In this document: in pieces, positions 22,560-34,298 of the stretch
How the letters are laid out: each line of letters starts with the position of its first letter
How positions within the stretch are numbered: the stretch's first letter is position 1
Source: Octopus sinensis
Taxonomy: Eukaryota
NCBI RefSeq assembly: GCF_006345805.1
Contig: NW_021834150.1
Span: forward strand, 1 to 64,000
Length of the DNA: 64,000 nt
Reading direction: 5' to 3'
Translations under genes and position numbers: made by a program
The notes under the pieces: generated by a model
What the model was told of the DNA's origin: nothing
The model's database searches: none
Seen by the model: only the letters and a program-made list of their open reading frames with translations

Positions 22560-25125
22560 ATGAATGAATTAAGTTTATTGTAAATTAACAGAGAAAGTGA
22601 CAGGAATTAAGGACGGTGATAGGACGAGACTGATGCCAAGGCATCTGAACTCTTCTGAGCTTGCGTCCAATTCATCTGTCGTGAGCCAGAGTAGGTTCAT
22701 TAATTTTTGACGAGTGCAGAGAGTTACCGGTCGATAAACAGGTCGGTCACTTGGGATCTCCTCCGGAAAGACCGGATAGATTTCTCAATGACCTGTCGTA
22801 TCTCCAGGGACCTGTTCTCCGCCCAGCTTGGGACGGGGCCTCGTGGGTCAAGCCTATAAGCTAGCTTCAGCGCGTAGCGTCGGATTTTCTCGCATTTCCT
22901 GTAAATTTTCTCGAGATCTTTCGAGTAGTACCATGCTTCCATTCCGTACAGCAAGCTGGGTAGGATGGTTGCATGGAACACAAAGAGGAATGTCTTAGGA
23001 TCCAGATGCATGCTTCTTAAGAGGCGGAGAGCCGCAATGGCTTTTGCTCTCTTTTTCTTTACATGCAGACGGTAACCCGAGTTAGCGTCGATCGTAAGCC
23101 CCAGGTAGCGTATGCAGCTGGGGCGCCCAATTTCGGCTAGGGGCCCAGAGCTCTGATCTGATGACTTTTTTGAGTTGATTTGTAGGAAAGCGGATTTATC
23201 CATTGCTAACGAGAGCTGTTTGCTGGCGCACCACTCCTTTATTACCTCAATGTAGGTGAAAAGCCTCTTTTCTGAGGCCATCATATCTTTTGAGGTGTCA
23301 AGGATAAGGACGTCATCAGCATAGAGAAGTAGATTTGTCCGAGGGTCCCGGGGCAAAGGGAAACTGCTCATAACCAGATTGAAAAGAAGTGGACTGAGGC
23401 AGGACCCCTGCGGAACCCCTCTTCGGAGTGAAATATCTCTTGAGCGGAAACCAGATTCGGAGATAAACGAGTATCTTTCGGAGAGAAAGCAGCGCAGCCA
23501 GAGGTAGAGTTCCGCTGTAGGCACACAGAGTTGGATTCTTTCCAGTAGGTCTCTGTGCCAGACGGTGTCGAAAGCTTTTGAAATGTCCAGACATACAAGA
23601 GATAGAGTTTCTTTAAATTCCATTGCTCTCGAAATCATGGACTGTACCGTTATGAAACAGTCACTGCAGCTACGCCCAGAACGAAAACCCCATTGCTGCG
23701 TTAGCAGCACTCTCTTTTCTTCGGAGTGGAAGTCAAGGCGCTTGGCCATGATTTTTTCCATCAGCCTTGAGATAGTTGGGATTAGGCTTATGGGACGATA
23801 GCTGCTAGCGAGGTTCACAGGCTTCGCAGGCTTTTTGATCATCCGGACCTCTGAGATTTTCCATTTTCCCGGCACATGGCCCCACTTGAGACTTGCCGTA
23901 AACAGATCCGCAAGGAACACATGTAGGTCTTCGGAGGCTTCCTTAAACAGCCGCATCGGTATTTTGTCGTGGCCTGGTGCGTTGCCTTTTGACGAACGGA
24001 TGGCCCAGGTCACCTCTGCAGTGGTGATCGGTTGATGTTCCGACGACAGTGCGCGCGGCAGTGGCTCCGACTCCCTGCCTTGCGGCGTTTTTGGATTGGC
24101 CTCCTGGATAATGGCCAGGTGTTCTGCGAAAATGTTCGGGATTTCCTGTGGTGAGGCGGGCATACCAAATTGGTTGCACAGCCTCGGGGGTGAGGATTTT
24201 CCTTCGAGGTTAGCCACTTTGCGGAAACAGTCCCAGAAATTTGGGTTTCTGTAGTCTAAGTTTTGACAAGCCTTCTGCCATTTCCTGGCAGTTTCCAGCT
24301 TTGTCACGACTTGAACTTCATAGCCAATTTTCGAGATCATGTTTTTAAGTGTACCCCTGTCAGTGGGGTCAACACAGCGTTTGAGTTTGTTTCTCAGCCG
24401 CTTTCTCTCATTGAGGAGAAGTTTCACCTTCGTGCTTAGAGTAGATCTTCGTAGGCGGTCAGCACACGGCACTGTTCCGTACGATTTTAGATAATGGCGC
24501 ATGAAATTTGTTAGCTCATCGCTTGCGTAGTCGATGTCGCTGGCAGTGTTGTAGTATGTAAGGTGAGTGTTCACAAGTAGGAATGCACTCATGGAGCTTC
24601 TATAGTGTGGCCAGTTGATTTTTGAAAGACTGTAGCCTGTGGATACGTGTTCTTGTTTAATAGAGCTAGAGTGAATTTTGATCTCCATAGGAAGGTGATC
24701 ACTTCCGATATCGTCAAGCACAGTAGGCTTTTCCATAATGGTAGCGATCGAGTGAGAACAGATGCACAGGCATAGGTTGTCCTCGCCGTAGGGCGATTGG
24801 TGGTTCGGCACTTCAGATGTCCTGACGAAAACACCAAGTTTGTCAGTGATCTTCTTCAGTGTTCGACCATCCTGGTTGCTTAATCGACATCCAAACGCCG
24901 TATGCTTCGAGTTTAGGTCTCCGATAAGAAGGCAGTGAGCGGTATTTGAGAAGAAATCGTTAATCAGACTGGTGCAGGGAGGAAGATATTTGCAGTATAT
25001 TCCCCCGATTTTTAGCCAGAAAGATTCTGTTTTCACCTCAAGGGATAGGAATTCACACAGTGTCCCCTCGATGATAGTGAGGTTACGGACTTTGAGATTT
25101 TCGCTGTAGAAGATGCTCGAACCAG
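22560..25125 (-). mobile_element. APE-RT LINE, 5'-truncated within the endonuclease
   Basis: Open ORF with a short 3' UTR and an (ATTC)n-like tail near 22565. Confidence 0.93.
22724..25036 (-). CDS. LINE ORF2: APE endonuclease (C-terminal part) + reverse transcriptase
   Basis: IGDLNSKH, SDHLP, APGHDKI, YRPISL, QWGFR, DISKAFD, GVPQGS, YADD; 770 codons with no stop. Confidence 0.95.
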   Translation of the reverse strand: MKTESFWLKIGGIYCKYLPPCTSLINDFFSNTAHCLLIGDLNSKHTAFGCRLSNQDGRTLKKITDKLGVFVRTSEVPNHQSPYGEDNLCLCICSHSIATIMEKPTVLDDIGSDHLPMEIKIHSSSIKQEHVSTGYSLSKINWPHYRSSMSAFLLVNTHLTYYNTASDIDYASDELTNFMRHYLKSYGTVPCADRLRRSTLSTKVKLLLNERKRLRNKLKRCVDPTDRGTLKNMISKIGYEVQVVTKLETARKWQKACQNLDYRNPNFWDCFRKVANLEGKSSPPRLCNQFGMPASPQEIPNIFAEHLAIIQEANPKTPQGRESEPLPRALSSEHQPITTAEVTWAIRSSKGNAPGHDKIPMRLFKEASEDLHVFLADLFTASLKWGHVPGKWKISEVRMIKKPAKPVNLASSYRPISLIPTISRLMEKIMAKRLDFHSEEKRVLLTQQWGFRSGRSCSDCFITVQSMISRAMEFKETLSLVCLDISKAFDTVWHRDLLERIQLCVPTAELYLWLRCFLSERYSFISESGFRSRDISLRRGVPQGSCLSPLLFNLVMSSFPLPRDPRTNLLLYADDVLILDTSKDMMASEKRLFTYIEVIKEWCASKQLSLAMDKSAFLQINSKKSSDQSSGPLAEIGRPSCIRYLGLTIDANSGYRLHVKKKRAKAIAALRLLRSMHLDPKTFLFVFHATILPSLLYGMEAWYYSKDLEKIYRKCEKIRRYALKLAYRLDPRGPVPSWAENRSLEIRQVIEKSIRSFRRRSQVTDLFIDR

Positions 25126-25129
25126 TCCC

Positions 25130-25995
25130 AGTTTTGCTAGATCTCCAAAATCTTCTATTCCTTATTTTGAGTTATTATACAAACAATACTACAATTGAAC
25201 ACGCATGTGCGTCGTGTATCACGTTACTGCCAATATGCGCACAAAACAAACTGGAAGTTGTACAGAACCAGTGCTTACGGATTTTACTGAAACGTGATAA
25301 ATACACTCAGCGTCAAAAAACTAATGGACCATCTTACAGAAAGACAACACATCTTCTTAACGATGGCAAGCTCCATTCCAAGCTGTAAACAAATTCCAAT
25401 GCGACTAAGACAGGCACAATTAATACTTGCTAACTGAAACTGGTCGGCGTGTAAGTGAATATCTTCAAGTATGTGCGAACAATATACAGTATATTATCCC
25501 AGTTGTACATTATCCCAGTTCCTTTGAACAGATGGAATGTCCGGGACTTTAAGCCCCTGAGAAACTTACTCGTTGGTTTAATATCGATTAATCGAAGGGA
25601 AGTCCAGCAGCCTGGCGGATTGCCAAACTGATATTTTTTGGTGCTGATTATTTAAAAATATTTAATTTTTTAATTTGAATGATGATTAGTAATTCTATCA
25701 AAAAATTTTGGGATCATATCGATACCCAAAGGAAGAGAGCCATTAAAATCCTACGTATTCTGATCAGATTTCATCTGAGTCCAAAAACGTACATCTACAT
25801 ATACAAGACATGTGTACAACGACAGGTGAAAAAGTTTGTCTAATCAACAAACTCGAGAAAACGAGGCGTTAAGTTGAGTTGGCCATTAAGTTGGCCTACG
25901 GTCTCGATCTCAAAGAAAAATTGAATAACTTTTATGAATCCTGCGTCCCCAAAATACAGTCCGTCCTTGAGAAGGCGCGGTTGTTTTTGTAGTGG
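25130..25995 (+). mobile_element. Two LINE RT C-terminal remnants (25130-25440 and 25700-25995)
   Basis: KLEVVQNQCLR; RKRAIKILR..RFHL..TYIYIYKTCVQ..LEKTRR..KLAYG, homologous to the 6760-7609 family. Confidence 0.7.
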
Positions 25996-27489
25996 ACGTC
26001 AGATATCTAAAGTTTCTATCAGGGAAATATGCTGCTCAGTAGAGACACTCCGGTGCCTCATTCTTTTTAAAATTTCCCGTCGTCGATAATGGCTAGTTTT
26101 TCCTGTCTTCCTAACTAGTAAAATGAATAAATTGTCATTCTGAAATAAAAAATAACAAGAACTAAACAAACTATCTGAAAATCTACTAGAGCAAACAAAC
26201 TTCAGTTTTGACAATTAGGTTTTTTTGAACCCTATGCATTCATTTTTGTTTTCAATCAGCTAATTTATAAGTGATTTCACTTGGGAGTCGCCTTTTCTAT
26301 CTAGAAGAGTCCTTTATCAAATATTTATTTACAAATTATAATATTTGATTGTGTAGCTCTATTGAGATAATGTTTACATCTTCTCTTTAAAAAAGACGAA
26401 TTTTAATCTCTTGAAAATTGCAATTAAATATTTTTTCTTAATTTTTTTAAAAGAAGGGAGAGATAAACTAGGTAAAGGCTTTACGAGACTCTCGACCAGC
26501 TTTGCAAATAACAAGGCCATTTTATTGGATCACAGCGATCGACAGACTTTCCAAGAGATAAGATAACTTTTTCAAGTCATGTTTTATCTATGATAGCCGT
26601 CGAGCGAGCGAGTGAAGCGAAGCGTCTTTGAGGCGAGAATGCCAGAAAACTCCAAAGGTAATGGTGTAAAAACAGCAAGTTTGAAAGGTGGTCGTACTTG
26701 AGATTTATTTGAACGGTTCGTTAAAAAATGATCATTCGGATTTACAATCAATGAATATCTTTTGAAGTTCATGTCTTTCAAAATGGCGAAAGTTTGTAAT
26801 ATTCAAAGGATTTCAAAGCCCTCCTGAAAACGTCATTGAGTTGTGTGTGGCGTGGAATTCTACCGGCACTTTTTGCCAAACTACCTCGTTTTATGGGTTT
26901 TGATTAAAATTGTAGCCTCTTGATGTTTTTTAATCTTTAATTAAAAATTTGAAAACTCCATCCATCGTCATCAGTGCAGAAGTATCCTCAAACATACTGT
27001 TTAGCCATCTTTTTATAGGTAATAGTGCTTTTTTTGATTTTGTTGTTATATAAAGACAGTGTTGTCGAATACAATCTTTGATTTTTATTTTCTTAATATC
27101 TTTTAATTTAATTTTTATTTTATATATCGTCCAAGCTAAAATACACTTAAACATCTCTATAAAAAACAAAATATTTCATGGCAATAATCCGGGTGGCATT
27201 AAACGCGACCCCGCTCATAATCGTTTACTGTCTATAACTATTTTTTAGACAATCCCGATGTTCTCTTTTAATATGTTCTCGGCGGTTTTTGTTTAGCTCC
27301 CTGTTTTGCAATTGTTTAATATATTGTAAGCTTTTTTCCGACAATATTTGGTCTTTCTCATTATGAAACTATGTTTAAGCATTACTTTCCACCGAAACAT
27401 ATTCGTTGACATCCATCTCACAATTAATATTCAATGTTGAAATCAGTTGATTCAATAGATTTTTATCAAGAAATTCTTTTCTCGAATTT

Positions 27490-28080
27490 TTAGTGCTTTA
27501 AGTTTCGACATGACAAATCTTGGTTTGCCTCCGGCAGTTTTTAATTGTTTCTTCTTTTATGCTGTCCCATGATTTTCCACCGCCAAAGGCAAAATGGAGG
27601 GTTGCCTGTCTCCAACCCATATCGTCGGAGGGGGAATTGTATGTTTTGAGTACAGGTGCGGATAAGGTGGTCAATGGCGGAAAGTCTCTCTGGGAAAGCA
27701 AAACACATAGAAGAGCGTAGCAAATAAGTGACCTTTTGGATTGAAAAGCAATTTCGTAGAAGGAATAATGCTGTGTTTGAGTCCAACTGTCTGATACGTT
27801 CAAAAACTGCCTTGAGAAAGAATTCCTTTTTGCATAGGGCCACATCAATAGAATCGCCAGCCACCGGGGCTCCGAAGATAGAAAGTTCGTTGGAAATTTC
27901 ACACCGGAAGTTGGAAATTTCACATTTGGAAAAATTTAAACTGAGACCAATTTTTTCCAGAGCCGGAATAATTTTTATTATGTCCTGCAGTACTTTCGGG
28001 GCGCCGAGAGTGGAGTCATTGAGATACCAAAGATTTAGTGGGGAAGATATAACCTTGGTCAGCTCAGAGATTCCAAGACA
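27490..28080 (-). mobile_element. CRE/HERO-like RT remnant
   Basis: LWYLNDSTLG, ALFLLRNCFSIQKVTYLLRS, WRQATL. Confidence 0.8.
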
Positions 28081-28132
28081 GAAAATGAGAATTAAACTAA
28101 TTTTGTAATTTTTAATAATTTTGAAAATATTT

Positions 28133-29294
28133 TGTCACCGTCCAGACCGGCCGGGGCGCCAGATCGGTCAGGTCAATTATCTAAATACAAAACAAATATT
28201 TTTCCTACAAAACATTTCATTGCAAAAAAATATTGATAATAAAAAAATAAAATCTTATTAATAAAAAAGTTCTAAAAAGTTGAAAAGATTAGCATTAATC
28301 AATGGTTTTAGTTGAATTAACTCGAGACACCCTCGAAAAAATTAGGGAGTATTTGGAATCAGGCCACCTTGATGATTCCTTGAGTTCGGAAGAAAGGGCA
28401 CGAATACGGAGATATGCCAAAAAATTTAGTTTCAAGGAGAACAACACCTACATTTCTAAAAATGGCTCAAAGTTGCGTTTTTTTTGTATCGAAGACACTG
28501 AACTTAAGTTAAAATTTATTGAAGTAGTGTTTTTGTTTATTTAAATTAGGCTCCACGAGTGCATCAAATGGAAATTTTGGATGCTATAAAACATGCGTGA
28601 AGAAAATAGCAATGACGAAGTTGAAAGTGGCGATGAAATTTTAATACGCCATGATGGGGATGCAAACCCGGGTTATAGAAAATACCCATTATACGACGAG
28701 ATATCTGCACAAAAATATATTGTGAAAAATAGGGATCGAGAACTCGTAACGATAATTAATGAAGAGGATGAAAAAGATCAAAGGATACATATTAACAGAG
28801 TAAAATAACTTTAACTGCAAATATTCATGGGGTTCGTTCTGTGTTTTTTCTCGTGTCATATTTACTTAATTGTGAAATAATTGTGCCATTGTTACAAATT
28901 CGACGCGGCCGAAGGCCGCATAGGGAAAAATATTCACATTTAATCATCCGGCCGTAGGCCGGTTTGTATTTTAGAGTTTTAATGATAAAAATAGAAATTT
29001 ACAACATTTTTAAAAATTAAAAATGGATTTTTCTAATAAACTTTATTGTTGAGAATTGTTTGGCTAACCTTGGTTAAAGCGTTTTTAAATAAAATGCAAA
29101 ATCAATACGGTAATTATCCGGAAATGACTGGATGTTGGTTTTTTATGAACTCAGTAACTTCAATATTTTGACAAAAATAATATTAAAATCAACAAAAGAA
29201 TGAACAGAAAAAGAAAATAACTTCCGAAAGGTAGTTTTTATTAAAAATTTTATACATAACCGATCTGGCGCCCCGACCTATCTGGACGGTGACA
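28133..29294 (+). mobile_element. Ginger-like transposon G4, internally deleted, both TIRs present
   Basis: 36-bp imperfect TIR TGTCACCGTCCAGA..GG.CGGGGCGCCAGATCGGT. The N-terminus is homologous to G2, with a 26-nt intron (28524-28549) at the same site. The C-terminus is homologous to G3. No clean TSD. Confidence 0.88.
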
Positions 29295-29319
29295 TTTTAT
29301 AGTCAACAACTAACAATTA

Positions 29320-29512
29320 ACACCGAAAATCGTTAAGTTCCATTGGCGAGGACGCAGTGTGCGTTGCCCCGAACAATGGCCAGGCCGATGCGCTGGCGGA
29401 ACCAGAGGCTCTCTCTCGAGTCCTTGAGCCTCCTCCCGATGGACTGCTCGACCTCTTTGAGGAACGAGTCAGTCTCCTTTCCTGCAACTCCAGCGGTCTC
29501 CAGGGCGATTGC
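29320..29512 (-). mobile_element. CRE/HERO-like LINE short 3' fragment
   Basis: Near-identical to 15595-15783. Confidence 0.85.
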
Positions 29513-29580
29513 CGCTGGGAACGAATGGTTCTTAATTGAGTGCAGCTGGGAACGAATGGTTCTTATTTCGAAGACAACTA

Positions 29581-30998
29581 AACCATTTTCAGTTCAAGTT
29601 TGACATTTTTTATACCAATTTTGAAAATGCGACGTTTAATTTTGACATTTTTTAGATCAATTTTGACAATGCAACATTTAATTTTGACAATGCAATAAGC
29701 AATATTGACATTTTTTACATTGGTTTTGACAATGCGATATTCAATTTTGACAATGCAACATTCAATTTTGACAATGCAATAAGAAATATTGACATTTTTT
29801 ACATCGGTTTTGACAATGCGATATTCAATTTTGACATTTTTTAGATCAATTTTGACAAAGGACTTTTCTATGCGGCTAAATCAAGATGAGAGTTAATAAA
29901 GACAATTTATTAATCAGGTCAGGTTAATGGAATCCCAATCGTACAATTCGCAATAATTTTTTCTGCATTTCTGTAAAAATTCCGTATTTTCTCGCGAGTT
30001 AGATTTGTCATAGAATATTCTAAGGCATTTTTTAATAATAGTGCTCGAAATTCGGTCAGCGTTCCATTTCCTGCTGCATGAACATCGTTATGAGGATTAT
30101 TGTGATTGGATAAATATGTCTTTATCCCAGCCTTGATAATCGAAAAACACCCTTCGCACGGATTTAGCTGCGGAGAATATGGTGCATCAAATCTTCGAAT
30201 TGTATGTTCTACTCTCACGCCTTCAAAATTTCCTTGTTTTCTATGGATTGGAGCATTATCCATATAAATAATAATTTCCTCTCCAGCTAAACTGTTAGAT
30301 TCAAATCTCACAATAACGTTAAGATTCACTCCTTTGCTTGCCCTTACTGGAACTATAGGTAATCAATCGCCCATCAAGTCGGTTATATATTGTCGCAATA
30401 CAAACTTTATTATTTACCAATTTTCGTAATTCCTTCAATGTTATCGATGGATTATTCTCAATTGTTTCAATTATCAAATTCATATTTGGGGCTATTTTCT
30501 TTTTTTCTCAGAAAATTCTTAGAAAATGATCGAAATACCATAAAAAATTCAAATAGACAATAGAACGTTATGAGAGAATTAAATTTAAAGTAAAAAGTTT
30601 TTATGAATGGAGATTAATTAATTGATAAAATGAATACAAATTCGCTTGCAAAATAAACTTTATCCAGGATATTTTACCAGTAGTCAAATTAATTAATCTT
30701 CAAACAAATAAAAAAACAAAAATATTAAACAGTAAAACATTAATAACAAGAACAAAAGAAATAAAAATTAACAACCGTACAGGGACGGCGAATCAGAAAA
30801 TATAAAATAAATGAAAAATCGGCAAAAGTCAAAATTGATGCAAAAAGTGTCAAAATTGAATGTCGCATTGTCAAAGTTGAATATCGCATTGTTAAAATTG
30901 ATGCAAAAAGTGTCAAAATTGAATGTCGCATTGTCAAAGTTGAATATCGCATTGTCAAAATTGGTGCAAAAAATGTCAAACTTGAACTGAAAATGGTA
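29581..30998 (-). mobile_element. Deleted copy of the IS630/Tc1-like element with minisatellite TIRs
   Basis: Same TIR (ACCATTTTCAGTTCAAGTTTGAC), TA flanks and transposase 3' half; internal deletions and a foreign AT-rich patch. Confidence 0.92.
30610..30770 (+). repeat. Unclassified AT-rich dispersed repeat (also ~52680-52900 and ~60410-60630)
   Basis: GAGATTAATTAATTGATAAA...CAAATT..CTTG.AAAA...TTTATCCA.GATATTTTA in three places. Confidence 0.75.
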
Positions 30999-31141
30999 TA
31001 GACAATAAAATAACGAATGTATATGTTTTTAAATGTTAGATCACATATGGGGCATCTAACTTAATGGAATCAATATCAGTTTTGATTTAATTGATGCTGC
31101 TACGATATCTTCAATAATTTTTTTTGCATGGATCTCTAGAA

Positions 31142-33036
31142 CAGCGGTTCTTATCTTCTTTCAAATTTTTTATAAATTGTACCCCTTGGGGTTAAAAATG
31201 GATCCCGCGTACCCCCTATCAATTTTTAATTCTTTACATATTTTTTTGTGAGATAAATGATTTAATTATAAAATATAAATTATTTTCTAACTAAACAAAA
31301 TCGATTCTTACTCGCCAACACATCGCTATCCGTGCGTGTGGGAAACTATACCTCGATGAAGTTTAAAACCGACACTGGCGTACCTCAGGGCGACTCGTTA
31401 TCCCCGGTTCTATTCATAATCTACCTGGAGGCAGCCCTAAGACCTCTTCGGAGAAATAAATGCTTTACCAACTTGATGGAAGTAATTTACGCCGACGATA
31501 TTGATTTCGTCTCCCGAGATCAGGACTCACTGGAAAACTTATTAAAAGTGATCCCTCATTCGTTGAAGGACTGGTCCCTTGTAATAAACCCGGACAAAAC
31601 GGAAAGAACTACCATATCCCGCCTGGGGACGAGAAACGAGGAGAAGTGGAGAACATGCAAGAAAGTTGAATCTCTCCTTGGGGACTCGGAGGACGTTATT
31701 CGAAGGAAAGTGCTGGCTGTTGCATCCTTCAAAAAAATGTGGACGATCTGGATGAGGCGCAAGTACATAGGAACCCGCCTTCGAATTCGGCTGTACAACT
31801 CCTTTGTCGAACCAATCTTGCTTTACAACGCGGGGACCTGGGGCCTAACCGCTAAAAAACTGGAGCAGCTCAACTCTTTCCACGGAAAACAACTACGACT
31901 ACTCCTGGGAATTCACTGGCCAAAAAAGATGACCAATAATGAACTCTACAGAATCACCCATACATCCGAGATTGCAAAGAAACTGATGTCCACGAAGTGG
32001 ATGCTCTTTGGACATGTCCTAAGAGCCTCGGAAATGACGCCGGCCAATCAGAACATGGAATCCTACTTCTGCTCATTAAATAAAACGGCATACAGGGGCC
32101 GACAAAGAACAACATTACCGACTACGCTCGACCATGATCTCACGTCGATTGGAAGGAAACTGAAATCGGCCGATGATCTGGACGAACTGAGATACCTCGC
32201 ACGTAACAGGGGAGCGTGGATACGACTAACAGAGCGTATCCTGAGTCGGATGGCAAAAGTGGAATCTTAATTAACTTTTTGATTCCGCGAGATTGCTTTA
32301 ATAATAATAATAATAAATCAATAAAATATTTTATGCCGAAAAAGTGTAAAAGATTTAATTCTAGTGAGATATTTGTTGTTGCTTTTCTGCAACAAGTTTT
32401 TTAATATTCGAATCCATGTTGCTAAGAGCGATTCGCATATCATCTCCAACTTTCAATCGATTACGAGATTTATTTTTAATAAATGATAAACAAGACATCG
32501 ATTACTCCAACTTTCAATCGATTACGAGATTTATTTTTAATAAATGATAAACAAGACATCACAGTTTCAAATAAGTATGTTGTTGGATAATGAATTAAAC
32601 CAATCTAAAAATAATTCATGTTTAAAAGACCTCATATGAAACCTCTATATATGGTCTATATATGGGACAATACATATGATGTAAGGGTCCTATGATCATC
32701 ATATTTAATTGAAAAACTTCAAGACTATCTGTATTCTCAGAGTGAGCCGGACGCTTGTGTCTTAATAAATTGGCAGGTTTTAATGAATTGTTTCCAAGTA
32801 AAGCATTGCACAACATACACTACGCCTTATCCACATTGTTTGTTCCAAAAGATTTTGTGAATCTATATTGCACATATGAGTCATCCCATTTACGCGTTTT
32901 ATTAACCATAACGAAAACAAATGAAGCATGCTATCAAAATCGATTAAATTAAATTATTAAAATCATCTTAATAATAACAAATTGAAAAATGTTCCGCGTA
33001 CCCCCTAGGGACATGTACTTCGGTAAAGAGACATTG
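31142..33036 (-). mobile_element. Old hAT (Buster/Charlie-like) element A
   Basis: CAGCGGTTCTT left end, degenerate right end, flanks CTCTAGAA/CTTTAGAA, and the remnant CNALLGNNSLKPANLLRH. Confidence 0.6.
31310..32325 (+). mobile_element. 5'-truncated RTE-type LINE (ORF 31332-32270) with (TAA)n tail, nested in hAT A
   Basis: GVPQGDSLSP, YADD, KTE, RLYN..V.PILLY, FGHVLR, GRQRTT. Confidence 0.92.
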
Positions 33037-34298
33037 CTTTAGAACAGGGCTGGCCAACCCAAGGCCCGCGGGCCGCATGCGGCCCGCGATGGAGTTTGGT
33101 GCGGCCCGCGAGAGAAATTTTGTATGTAGTTAACCTATAAATACATTCAAGATAAATTTTTCTTAAGTTTAATAAATAAAGATAAATTTTATAAGTTTAA
33201 TAAATTTTAAAGTTTATCTATTTTTGTAGCTGTTATCAATATGAAGAAAAGGAAAATTTTTGAGCGAATTTAGAGACCCTTGCTGGATTGACAACAGATG
33301 GGGCGCCGGCTATGATTGGAAGAAATAAAGGAGTTGTAAAGCTAATAATGGATGAGATGGAGTCAAGAAGCATAAAAAATGATTTATTTGTAATACACTG
33401 CTTGATACATCAACACAATTTGTGCGCGCAAGTGTTGTCTATGAACCATGTTATGAGTGTGGTTGTAAGAACTATAAACTTCATTCGTTCTCATGCACTT
33501 CAACATCGCCAGTTTAAAGAATTATTGAACGAGTTATATTCTCACTATGGTGATCTTGTGTATTTTTCCAATGTCAGATGGCTGAGTCGCGGAAAATGTT
33601 TAAAACGTTTTTTCGACTTGAGAGAAGAAATCAAAAGTTTTATGATGCATAAGAAAATGACATTAACTGAATTAAATGATGAAGAATGGATGCTAGATCT
33701 GTGCTTTTTGGTAGATATAACCGAAAAAATTAATCAATTAAACAAGGAGTTACAAGGACAGGATAATTTGATTACTAATGCATGCCATCAAGTCAAAGCA
33801 TTTCGAATGAAATTGTCATTGTTTGAATGTCAAACAAGAAATGGAAATGATCAACATTTTCCAACGCTAAATCAATTTAAAATCAGCCATTGTAAAATTT
33901 CTTCAAGTACGCTGATGAAATAAAAAATCTTGCTGCAGCATTTGACAGTCGATTCTCGGAACAAAAAAAATATGAGAAAATGTTTGAAACATTTTCTTCT
34001 CCATTTCATGTTGACGTTTCTATTGTTTCAAATACTTTGCAGACGGAAATAATTGACCTACAGTGCAACAGTGAACTAAGACTTGTTTATCCTACTATAT
34101 CCAAAATTGACTTTTATAACAAATATGTGACTGCAGAAAAATATCCCAACTTAAGAATTTTTGCACAAAGAGTTGTAAGCTCCTTTGGATCTACTTACGT
34201 ATGTGAATCATTCTTTTCGAAATTAAAGTTTAGTAAAAGTAGATATAGATCTTCTTTAACAGATAAAAACTTAGAAAACCAATTAAGATGTGCAACTA

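Noticed and set aside
25999-26450. Possible gene on the - strand
   Set aside because: No recognisable domain and no consistent exon chain.
32445-32560. ~61-bp tandem duplication
   Set aside because: Real, but an ordinary local duplication inside a decayed hAT.
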